Source: Promethearchaeota archaeon (lineage in GTDB: Archaea; Asgardarchaeota; Lokiarchaeia; Sigyniarchaeales; SOKP01). Taken from it: a stretch of DNA of 64,000 nt. This document shows positions 1 through 8,911 of this stretch, one piece after another; position 1 is the first letter of the stretch; every line of letters begins with the position of its first letter. Under the pieces are notes generated by a model. The model saw only the letters and a program-made list of their open reading frames with translations, made no database searches and was not told the origin of the DNA. The stretch is taken from NCBI GenBank assembly GCA_019057865.1, contig JAHLWP010000007.1, forward strand, positions 32,001 through 96,000, written 5' to 3'. Both the position numbers and the translations under genes were made by a program.

Positions 1-36
1 CATTTTCTTTTCTGTGAATATATTTTCAAGGATCAT
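1..36 (-). CDS. 5' end of a gene running off the window (MILENIFTEKKM...)
   Basis: ATG at 36-34 on the minus strand, open to the window edge and codirectional with the adjacent genes. Too short to identify. Confidence 0.3.
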   Translation of the reverse strand, partial: MILENIFTEKKM

Positions 37-83
37 ATTTAGATTTTTTTATCATATTAAAAGGAAGTTCATAATCATAAATC

Positions 84-1346
84 TTAATCTCCTTTTAAGC
101 ATTGTTTACTTATTCCATAAAATATTAAAATTAGGAATAAAGTGGGGACAAAATTAATTGGAAACCAATCTTGAGTAAAAAACCAAATTCCCATAAAAGC
201 CAAATCAAAAAAAATTAAGAAAAAGAAACTAGGTTTAATAAAATTTTTTGTTATTTCAGAATGTCGTGGTAAATTAAATATTATTATAATTAAGATTGGC
301 GTTAGAATTAAGAGGTGATGATCCCAGGAATCAAAATATACTAATAACATAATTAAAATACTAAACAAATAGCCATAAATGATAGAGAATTGGTTTTTTA
401 TTCTTAAAATATAAATTAAAAAACCTAAACCACCAATAACAATAATCATAATTAATAGAATTAATATATGATTACAAGGAATGCTGTAAAAAACGCAGAA
501 GTTATTAATTAATTTTGTTATACTAAATGAATGATTTAATAATTTTGCCTCGGAACCAGTAAGATTAATTGTTAAAAATGCTCCCCATAACTTTGGATAC
601 AGTAAAAATATAATAGAATTCAGTAATATTGGAATTATTACTCCAATTAATCGAACTATAGTTGTTGAGAAATTAAAAACGATCTTTTTCCTTTTTAAAT
701 CTAAACTTAAAACTATTAGAAATGGTATCATAAAAACCATTATAGGTTTTACTATAATACTTATTCCTAGTATAATGCTTGCTATTAAATCCCATTTAAT
801 TTTATTATGCTTCAAAAAAATAAAAAGTGAAATTAAGATCATTAGAGCTATATACAAATTAATTTGACCTAAAATATAATTGAAGAGATTAGGTAGACTC
901 ATTAGATATAAGCTAATATATAAAATTACTCTTTTTTCATCTTTTTCATCTTTTTCATGGTTTTCATCACGAATTAAAAGAATTAGCTTATACAGAATTA
1001 TACAGATTAAAATATTTAAAAATAAATTAATAATGTTAAAAAAAATGAACCCTAAGTCAAAACCAAGTAGATAAAAAGGTACAAATAAGATAGCAGATAA
1101 TGGTAAATACCGAAATGGCCACTTATAGTTTGCTGGATTATAAAGATCGTTTATATCATTAATAAATACTTTACCAACTTTATAATAAACTAAGAAATCA
1201 TTTTTATCTCTAAGAAAAATTAGGGTTAATATGATTGATAATATAAAGTAGAATCCATGAACAATTATTGCATATCTAAATATTTTATGTTGCCAAAGCT
1301 CTCTTAATCTTCTTTTTATTCTAAATAAATCCTCTTTTAAATTCAT
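84..1346 (-). CDS. GT-C fold membrane glycosyltransferase (GT87/DUF2029-like)
   Basis: Polytopic membrane protein with DFxVYY..LY..FRYLP, GQIN, IGISIIVKP and SWDHH motifs typical of GT87. Paralog of 2121..3386. Confidence 0.8.
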   Translation of the reverse strand: MNLKEDLFRIKRRLRELWQHKIFRYAIIVHGFYFILSIILTLIFLRDKNDFLVYYKVGKVFINDINDLYNPANYKWPFRYLPLSAILFVPFYLLGFDLGFIFFNIINLFLNILICIILYKLILLIRDENHEKDEKDEKRVILYISLYLMSLPNLFNYILGQINLYIALMILISLFIFLKHNKIKWDLIASIILGISIIVKPIMVFMIPFLIVLSLDLKRKKIVFNFSTTIVRLIGVIIPILLNSIIFLLYPKLWGAFLTINLTGSEAKLLNHSFSITKLINNFCVFYSIPCNHILILLIMIIVIGGLGFLIYILRIKNQFSIIYGYLFSILIMLLVYFDSWDHHLLILTPILIIIIFNLPRHSEITKNFIKPSFFFLIFFDLAFMGIWFFTQDWFPINFVPTLFLILIFYGISKQCLKGD

Positions 1347-1367
1347 ATCTTAATTACCAGAAATTAA

Positions 1368-2117
1368 TTATGAATTAATCACGCGTTTTCTTTTTCTTAT
1401 TATGTAAAATATAATACCAAGAGAAAATATAACTGATAAAATTATTAATGTTGGAATTACATACCAAGGCAAGTAATCAAGGGAAATGTCAAGTATTACT
1501 ACATTATCCTTAATATATAGTTTATAGGAGTTTAACGCTCCATTATCATTATAAATAGCAATAATTTTAATATTTTTAGTTGGATTTCCTGGTGATATCT
1601 CATTCTTTCCTATTTCTACATTCAGCGTGGGTAATACCCTATTATCAACATCATACCATTTATATAGATTTAGTCCTCCCATATATTCACCAACAGGTGT
1701 AGGAAACCAGAATGGTACTAAAGATTTATAATTTGAGAAATTTAACTCTTCAGTGTAATCTTTTGGATTAGAAAGATAGACTATTGTAGAATTACTATCG
1801 ATAGTTCCCCAGTCTACTTCATTTGTCCACTTCCAAATACTAAATTCTATTTTTATATGCGTTTCATTAACCTCTGAATTATTTATCTCCCACCTCATTT
1901 TTGTACCTTTACTTATATTTTCAAATATCCCTGAATCATCCCAAAGATCAAAAGTAGCATCCATCTCAGATTTTTTACATACATTACATTTCCATACTAA
2001 TTTATCGTCTATTCCTATTCCAGTGCTAAATTTCTTAGCATTTACCATTGATATTATTGTAGTCATGCACAATAAAATTATTAATATTAAGCAGATGAGA
2101 GATAATTTTGGTTTCAA
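1368..2117 (-). CDS. Secreted, C-terminally anchored surface protein
   Basis: N-terminal signal peptide, C-terminal TM helix followed by RKRKR, several N-x-S/T sequons. TTG start after GGAGGAG. Confidence 0.75.
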   Translation of the reverse strand: MKPKLSLICLILIILLCMTTIISMVNAKKFSTGIGIDDKLVWKCNVCKKSEMDATFDLWDDSGIFENISKGTKMRWEINNSEVNETHIKIEFSIWKWTNEVDWGTIDSNSTIVYLSNPKDYTEELNFSNYKSLVPFWFPTPVGEYMGGLNLYKWYDVDNRVLPTLNVEIGKNEISPGNPTKNIKIIAIYNDNGALNSYKLYIKDNVVILDISLDYLPWYVIPTLIILSVIFSLGIIFYIIRKRKRVINS

Positions 2118-2120
2118 ATC

Positions 2121-3386
2121 TTAGACTCCTCCATTTATATCAAAATCAAGATTCTCTCTTTTCTTTAACAAACAGAATTTACTTATTCCATAGAAAGTTA
2201 TCAACAAAAAGATGGTACATTCAAAATTATATGGAAATAATGGATATGTAAGATACCATATTCCAACGAAAGCTAAATCAAAAAAACTAAAGAAGAAAAA
2301 GCCAGGTTTAATAGAGTTAGTAATATGTGAATGTCTAGGTAAATTAAAAATAATTATTATTAATATTGGTGTTAAATTTAGAAGGTGATGATCCCACGAA
2401 TCAAAATATGAAAGTAACATGATTAAAATAGCAAATGTATAACCATAAATAATTGAATTTTCGTCAAATCTTCTAAATATGAAAATTAGGAAACCCAATG
2501 CACCTAAGAATCCAACAATGCTTATTAATATAATTAATTGACTAAATGGAATGTTGTAAAAATAGCAAAAATTAGTTATAAGTTTGGAAATACTATATGA
2601 GAAATTTAAGGCTATAGGATTACTTCCTGTAAAGTTAGTCTCTAAAAAGCCTTTCCATAATTTTGGGTACATAAAAAAAACTATAAAATTCAATGACAGT
2701 GGTAATAATACACCTAATAATCTTACCATACTCTTAATAAAATCAAAATTAATCTGTTTTTTGGCTAAATCAAAACTAAATATAATTAAAAATGGAATTA
2801 AGAAAAATGCTGTAGGTTTTATAATAATACTGATTCCTAAAATAACACTTCCTATAAATTGCCACTTAATATTTTTAAATTTAATAAAAATATAAAGAGA
2901 TATTAATATAAATAAGGTTATATATAAATTTATTTGACCATAGATATAATTCAAGACATGTGGTAAGCTCATTAAATATAAACTAATATATAAAATAACC
3001 CTTTTATCATCTTTTTCATGATCCTCATTTCTAACGATAATTATGATTTTGTAAAGAACTACACAAATCAAAATATTTAGGAATAGATTAAATAGATTAA
3101 AAATTATGAAACTAACTTTAAAATCTAAAAAGCCAAAAGGAATAAAAAATAGTGCGGAAAGTGGAAAATAACGAAAATCCCATAAATAATTCGATTGATT
3201 ATACAAATTTTCAGTATCATTCAGAAATATTTCTCCAACTCTATAGAAGATTATGAAATCATTTTTTTCTTGAAAAAACATAAAAAATAAAATAATTGAC
3301 AGAATGAAATAAAAACTATGAAGTACAATAGCATATCGGAAAATATTATACTTACAAAGCTCTTTAATTCTATTTAATATTTTCAA
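2121..3386 (-). CDS. GT-C fold membrane glycosyltransferase (GT87/DUF2029-like)
   Basis: Same motifs as 84..1346 (DFIIFY, FRYFP, GQIN, IIKP, SWDHH). Confidence 0.8.
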   Translation of the reverse strand: MKILNRIKELCKYNIFRYAIVLHSFYFILSIILFFMFFQEKNDFIIFYRVGEIFLNDTENLYNQSNYLWDFRYFPLSALFFIPFGFLDFKVSFIIFNLFNLFLNILICVVLYKIIIIVRNEDHEKDDKRVILYISLYLMSLPHVLNYIYGQINLYITLFILISLYIFIKFKNIKWQFIGSVILGISIIIKPTAFFLIPFLIIFSFDLAKKQINFDFIKSMVRLLGVLLPLSLNFIVFFMYPKLWKGFLETNFTGSNPIALNFSYSISKLITNFCYFYNIPFSQLIILISIVGFLGALGFLIFIFRRFDENSIIYGYTFAILIMLLSYFDSWDHHLLNLTPILIIIIFNLPRHSHITNSIKPGFFFFSFFDLAFVGIWYLTYPLFPYNFECTIFLLITFYGISKFCLLKKRENLDFDINGGV

Positions 3387-3471
3387 ATTAACAAATAATT
3401 ATTTTGATTTTAAATTCTTAAATTAAATTATTAAAATAAAATTATATGATTTCAAATAACTGTTGATATAA

Positions 3472-4908
3472 ATGTCTTTTGTAAGAAAAAATGATACTGA
3501 TAAAAAAACGTCTTTCGGAGTAATAGTTGGAAATAGAGATGTCTTTCCTGATCATTTAGTAAAGGAAGGTAGAAAAGATATTATAGACGTAATGAACGAA
3601 TTAGAATATAAATTTGTTATTCTAGATGAAGAAGATACTCCTCTAGGAGCGGTTGAGACATATTCAGATGCGAAGAAATGTGCAGAACTTTTTAAAAAGA
3701 ATTCTGATAAAATTTTAGGTATAATTTTATGTCTTTGTAATTTTGGAGATGAGAAAGCCGTAGCCAACACTATAAAATTATCAGAACTTGATGTTCCAAT
3801 CCTAATACAAGCATCATCAGATGATATAAACAAAATGGATAGGTCCTCTAGAAGAGATGCTTTCTGCGGAAAGATTTCAGTAACGAGTGTGTTATATCAA
3901 TATGGAATTCCTTTCACTCTTACTTCAAATCATACATGTGTAATTAAATCTGATGAATTTAAGAAGGATTTAATACGATTTGAGAAAATTTGTAAAGTTG
4001 TTAGGAAAATTAGAAGGGCTAGGTTCGGACAGATCGGTACTCGACCTAATGCATTTGAAACCGTGAGATATAGTGAAAAAATTCTTGCATTTAATGGAAT
4101 TTCTATCGAACTTATCGATTTATCTGAAATTTTAGCAGCAATTCAAAAATTAAAAGATGATGATCCTAAAGTTAAAGATAAAATTGAATTCATTAAAAAT
4201 TATACTCCCACTAAAGAATTCCCTAAGGATGGGTTATTAAAATTAGCTAAATTGGCTGTGATCGTTGAAACTTGGGTTCTTGAACTTGACTTAGATGGAT
4301 TCGCCTTTCAGTGTTGGCCTTCTATAGTTTCTAATTTCGGCATCGTCCCATGCGCGGTCATGAGCATGTTTAGTGAAGGGTTGGTACCTGCTGCTTGTGA
4401 AGTTGATATCTCAGGATTAATTGGCATGTATATTCTTCAAGTAGCTACTAATACCCCTTCTGCGATTGTCGACTGGAATAACAATTACGGAGATGATCCT
4501 AATAAAATGGTATTATTTCACTGTAGTAATTTACCCAAATCGTTCTTTCAAGATACCAAAATGACGGTCCATCCTATTATGGCAGAATACGATGGCGAAG
4601 AAAATACATTTGGCGCGATACAAGGAAAGATTAAGACGAAACCTTGTACAATGCTCAGAATAGAAACCGATGATATTTTTGGAGAAATAAAAGCAATAGT
4701 TGTAGAAGGAAAATTTACTGATGATCCTCTTGATACATATGGAGGATATGGTGTCATTGAGATTCCAAATTTACAAGAATTACTAAAGAAATTATGTCGT
4801 AGTGGATTTGCTCATCATGTAGCCGTTTCCCTAAATGAAGTTGGAGATATTGTTTATGAAGCTCTATTTACTTATCTCGGATGGGATATAGATTTCTTTA
4901 ATAAATAA
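3472..4908 (+). CDS. L-fucose/L-arabinose isomerase family protein
   Basis: NFGDEK, RRDAFCGKISV, QCWP, AACEVD, FHCS and GFAHH motifs of the FucI/AraA-like family. Confidence 0.85.
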   Translation: MSFVRKNDTDKKTSFGVIVGNRDVFPDHLVKEGRKDIIDVMNELEYKFVILDEEDTPLGAVETYSDAKKCAELFKKNSDKILGIILCLCNFGDEKAVANTIKLSELDVPILIQASSDDINKMDRSSRRDAFCGKISVTSVLYQYGIPFTLTSNHTCVIKSDEFKKDLIRFEKICKVVRKIRRARFGQIGTRPNAFETVRYSEKILAFNGISIELIDLSEILAAIQKLKDDDPKVKDKIEFIKNYTPTKEFPKDGLLKLAKLAVIVETWVLELDLDGFAFQCWPSIVSNFGIVPCAVMSMFSEGLVPAACEVDISGLIGMYILQVATNTPSAIVDWNNNYGDDPNKMVLFHCSNLPKSFFQDTKMTVHPIMAEYDGEENTFGAIQGKIKTKPCTMLRIETDDIFGEIKAIVVEGKFTDDPLDTYGGYGVIEIPNLQELLKKLCRSGFAHHVAVSLNEVGDIVYEALFTYLGWDIDFFNK

Positions 4909-4957
4909 ACCATTTTCATCTTCATTTTTCTAATTAAATAATGCAAGCTTGAATCTA

Positions 4958-7582
4958 TTAATCAGGATATATATTTTCTTTTAAATAATATCTAAAATAC
5001 CAATACCAAAATTCAGGCTTTTTACAGTTTGAATTTTTTTGCCTAAATAAATCCATATCTCTTAAAAGTAGCTTATAATGATAATTATAAAAATTCGGAT
5101 AAAAATTTTTATAGAACTCTTTATCTGATAAGATTTTACGTGCTTTCCATCTTTTAATCCACTCTTCGATTAATTTTTCAGGAAACTTATTCCATATCTT
5201 AATCTCTTGGCCATCAATCAATATAGTCTCCTTTTTAAATTCCGATTTAATTATATGATCATAATTTTTACGAATATTGTTAATATTTAGTATTCTATAA
5301 AGATGTTTCATTCGAGCATTCAACAACACTTTATTCTTGTTAAATTCCTCTTTATATGCATGAATCTTCCAATGAGATTTTGAAGCAAGAAGTATTATTT
5401 TAAATGTGAAATCCGAAGAATTGTAATCAAAGATTAAATAATATTTCTGATCTTCATCCAGATGATGGCGTGTTATATAAAGCACATATCGCCCCTTTAT
5501 AATTTGACCATCCTTAGTGACAAAAGGATGTGCATCCTCTATAAAATCTTTATCATAAACATCCAATCCTAAACTTAGATCTAATAGTTCTTTGCGCTGA
5601 ATACCTCTTAAATCAATAAAGTGTTTTTCATACACCCTCCAATGTGGATTATTGATATGTGTCTTAATCCTATATATAGCATTATGACATGCTCCAGGAG
5701 CTTTAAAGAATCCTTTTCTAATTTCTTTAATTAATCTTGTACCCTCAGTTTTAGCTAAAATATATCCATTTCTAAACTTGCCAGTAAGAAAATCTCGAGA
5801 ATTTGTTTTAGAAATCAATCTACTTAAATCTGTATAATCATAAACAAAATCACTATTCTTATTACTTCTTCCTCTTTCTATCTTAGTTAACGCTAATAAT
5901 GAATGGATTACAATATCAAACAATTCTCTATTATCAGTATTGACTATTCGCCTTGAATATTTCGACTCACATAATTCTTTTATCATATTCCTATTTTTCA
6001 TTTCCTTAAAAATAAGATTACGACATTCCGCTTTAAGATCGCTAATATTCACGCCATCTTTAAAATCAAATCTCTCCTTATTAATCAAATGTATACTAGT
6101 AAGCAAATTGAAATATTTTGCATAATGTTCAGGACCTCCTTCACCCCTTTCCCCTCTTCTATATTCTAAATCAAAAATATATGCACGGCTTTTTCCCAAT
6201 ATTTGTGAGAGCCAAGATTTTCCTCCTCCTCCTTTAATATACTTGTTAAAAACAGAGACTAAAATATTCAGAAAATCTTTATTGTACTTCTTTTCGTGGT
6301 AATCAGTTAAGACTCCCGAAAAAGAATTATAAATCTCAGGATGATTTGAGAAAATTTCTATGTGCTCACATATTTTTTTAAAAGTTGTTGGACGAACATT
6401 CATATCAAGAGGTTTATTCCTTGGTAATTCAAGTTGATACGACCATCTTTTTGCTGTATCTAAACTGATACCCAGAATCTTAGAAATATCAGTTGCGACA
6501 ATACGGTTTTTAAAACGGCGTAGACTTGTTCCTCCTGTGATATTAAGGTTAAGTTTATTTGTTGTGGTTTTCTCAAACTCCACAAGTTCAATCTCACACT
6601 CATAAATTAAATTTATTAAGCTCTTTATCAACTTAGTATCAAGATTATCATTTTTATTATAATTATATATCTTTTTTTTATTGCCGTTATATTTGTCTTT
6701 ATACAAAACTCTTATATCTTCACTTCTTTTTTCTTGTCTTTTAATATCAGATTTAGTAAATTTCATCGTTAATCCCTCAGTATAAAATTCATGATAAGAA
6801 GAAAACCGATCAAATGCAGTTATTTTAGCCTTCTTAATTTCTTTGCTTTCAGGATTCAATCCAAGAAGGCAACGGCATGTTCCAACATTTAGGATTTGAT
6901 CATAATTACTCTTGATTTCTTTTAAAGTCATTTCATACTTATTTTCTGGCGAATTTATGATCTCATTATGTTTTAATATATAGTTTTGCCAATCTCTCAA
7001 ATAATTCTGGAGGCTTTTAGATAGTGCTCGAAGATTTTGATGATCAGTGAGGACTTCAGAATGAGTTCTTAAATGCTTAAGTATCCTCGTATACTGGATT
7101 GTAATTTCATCCATTCCATTTTTAATTACCTTATTCACGAGATTTGGTTTGGAAGTTCCTCCTTTTTTAATTGCTTTAATCTGTTTCTTGGTCAATTGTT
7201 TAAGATACGTATTTGAAATCACATCCATATAACGTGAAACTATGGGCGCTCCCCTTCCCACTGTGATGCAATATACCCATCCTTCTATAAACAAGCTAAT
7301 TTCATCGGGGAATTTTGATTTTACTCCTTCGAGTAATGCACTTGGTGGGAGTCCTGCTTTATCAAACAAGCAAGCTAAGGCAGCATCAACAAAATCACCA
7401 ATCCTTTCATCAACATAGACTAAAGGAATGTGATGTATCTTACATTTTGGATATTTGTCAAAACCTAAGAACCTAAATTTAAGTGGCTTAACTCGTGTCA
7501 TATGTTCGCATCCAAAATTTGGGCAAATTGCTACTCGATCCTCTCCCACGGTTTTCCGTGATACGTTTGTGTATGCCTTCAT
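4958..7582 (-). CDS. Multidomain protein: N-terminal Cys/His Zn-binding domain, repeated HTH-like segments, C-terminal HNH-like nuclease motif
   Basis: CPNFGC..CKIH at the N-terminus; HTH-like ATDISKILGISLDTAKRW and KSWLSQILGKSRAYIFDLE; RHHLDED...IILLASKSHWKIH at about 5470-5360. Confidence 0.65.
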   Translation of the reverse strand: MKAYTNVSRKTVGEDRVAICPNFGCEHMTRVKPLKFRFLGFDKYPKCKIHHIPLVYVDERIGDFVDAALACLFDKAGLPPSALLEGVKSKFPDEISLFIEGWVYCITVGRGAPIVSRYMDVISNTYLKQLTKKQIKAIKKGGTSKPNLVNKVIKNGMDEITIQYTRILKHLRTHSEVLTDHQNLRALSKSLQNYLRDWQNYILKHNEIINSPENKYEMTLKEIKSNYDQILNVGTCRCLLGLNPESKEIKKAKITAFDRFSSYHEFYTEGLTMKFTKSDIKRQEKRSEDIRVLYKDKYNGNKKKIYNYNKNDNLDTKLIKSLINLIYECEIELVEFEKTTTNKLNLNITGGTSLRRFKNRIVATDISKILGISLDTAKRWSYQLELPRNKPLDMNVRPTTFKKICEHIEIFSNHPEIYNSFSGVLTDYHEKKYNKDFLNILVSVFNKYIKGGGGKSWLSQILGKSRAYIFDLEYRRGERGEGGPEHYAKYFNLLTSIHLINKERFDFKDGVNISDLKAECRNLIFKEMKNRNMIKELCESKYSRRIVNTDNRELFDIVIHSLLALTKIERGRSNKNSDFVYDYTDLSRLISKTNSRDFLTGKFRNGYILAKTEGTRLIKEIRKGFFKAPGACHNAIYRIKTHINNPHWRVYEKHFIDLRGIQRKELLDLSLGLDVYDKDFIEDAHPFVTKDGQIIKGRYVLYITRHHLDEDQKYYLIFDYNSSDFTFKIILLASKSHWKIHAYKEEFNKNKVLLNARMKHLYRILNINNIRKNYDHIIKSEFKKETILIDGQEIKIWNKFPEKLIEEWIKRWKARKILSDKEFYKNFYPNFYNYHYKLLLRDMDLFRQKNSNCKKPEFWYWYFRYYLKENIYPD

Positions 7583-7586
7583 GAAG

Positions 7587-8192
7587 TTAATCTATCCTCA
7601 AGTTGTTTTTTGATATTTTAATCTTCACTCTTGGTGTGTTTTCTAATAATCTCTCTAATTCCCTTTCTAAACTACTGTAGTTTATTTCAAGTTCCTTATA
7701 AAATTCACTGAATTGTGCGTTCAAGCACTTCTTCACTAAAAATATGTTTTGTGCTAATTTAACTATAAATTTGAGAAATTTTGAATGACGATGAAGGCTT
7801 TCTTCTGAAAAATAATGAAGTAACATGGATAGTTTCTCAGCTATTTCTGAGAGTCTATTCAAGGGAGTTCTACAATTGTTATAAAAGAGAGATTGAATTC
7901 CTTGTTCAAGTGATTGTCCGTTTTTCTTGATTTTACTTAACAAAGTCATGAATTCACGAGTTAATGATTCAATTTCTTGTTTTTGGGTATAAAATGTAGT
8001 GTTTATATCTTTTTCGGCAAAACTTAGAGTGGTTCCAAATCGGTATCTTATTACTTCATTCTTGTAATTGAAAAATGTTCGGAGTTGTCGTGAAAGTTCT
8101 TTTATTTTTCTTACTCCCTCAATCTCATACCAATTATTAAAAATATCATCATATTCTAATTCAATATAATATTCTTCATTATTATCCGTCAT
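7587..8192 (-). CDS. Hypothetical all-helical protein, cotranscribed with the 874-aa gene
   Basis: 201-aa ORF ending 4 nt before the next start; a GAGGA site in its 3' end precedes the downstream ATG. Confidence 0.75.
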   Translation of the reverse strand: MTDNNEEYYIELEYDDIFNNWYEIEGVRKIKELSRQLRTFFNYKNEVIRYRFGTTLSFAEKDINTTFYTQKQEIESLTREFMTLLSKIKKNGQSLEQGIQSLFYNNCRTPLNRLSEIAEKLSMLLHYFSEESLHRHSKFLKFIVKLAQNIFLVKKCLNAQFSEFYKELEINYSSLERELERLLENTPRVKIKISKNNLRID

Positions 8193-8323
8193 AATTTACT
8201 ATTTTAAACCTTTTACTAACTAATTAAAACATTTATATTTAAACAAAAAATGTTATTTCTAATAATTACAATTTAGAAAAAATACGATAAAATGTCTTAT
8301 ATCCCGCATAAAATATCATTTTC

Positions 8324-8908
8324 TCTAGTTTTGGGATAGTTCCATGTGCATTTCTAAGCATGTTTAGTGAAGGACTTGTTCCAGCGGCATGTGAAGTAGA
8401 TATTGCAGGATTAATTGGTATGTATATTTTACAGATTGCCACAAATACACCATCAGCAATATTGGATTGGAATAATAATTATGGGGATGATCCTAATAAA
8501 ATGGTATTGTTTCATTGCAGTAATCTCCCTAAATCATTCTTTAAAGATACTAAAATTACAATCCACCCAATTATTTCAGACCTCAAGGGTGGTGAAGTCA
8601 GCTATGGTGCTATACAAGGAAGAATAAAATCTGAACTTGTTACACTTTTAAGAATTGAAACTGATGATTTTATGGGTGAAATGAAGGCTATTATTGCAGA
8701 GGGGGAATACACCGATGATGCACTTGATACATTCGGAGGTTATGGTGTGGTTAAAATCCCTAATTTGCAATATTTATTAAAGAAATTGTGTTATGGGGGA
8801 TTTGCCCATCATGTTGCTGCTACACTGAATGAAGTAGGAATAATTGTTTATGAGGCTCTGTCTAGCTATCTTGGCTGGAATGTAGAATTTCACAATAAAG
8901 ATCAATAA
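8324..8908 (+). pseudogene. 5'-truncated copy of the fucose/arabinose isomerase-like gene (C-terminal ~194 codons)
   Basis: SSFGIVPCAFLSMFSEGLVPAACEVD... aligns with residue 287 onward of 3472..4908. In-frame TAA at 8309 upstream and no internal stops. Could be translated from ATG 8360. Confidence 0.8.
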
Positions 8909-8911
8909 ATT

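Larger units (their letters stand above)
4330..8323. mobile_element. Putative gene-replacing insertion: replacement 3' part of the isomerase gene plus a two-gene HNH cassette
   Basis: The isomerase 3' part (from about codon 287) recurs, diverged, at 8324..8908. The intervening DNA carries two opposite-strand genes, one with an HNH-like motif. Boundaries are inferred from where homology starts. Confidence 0.45.
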
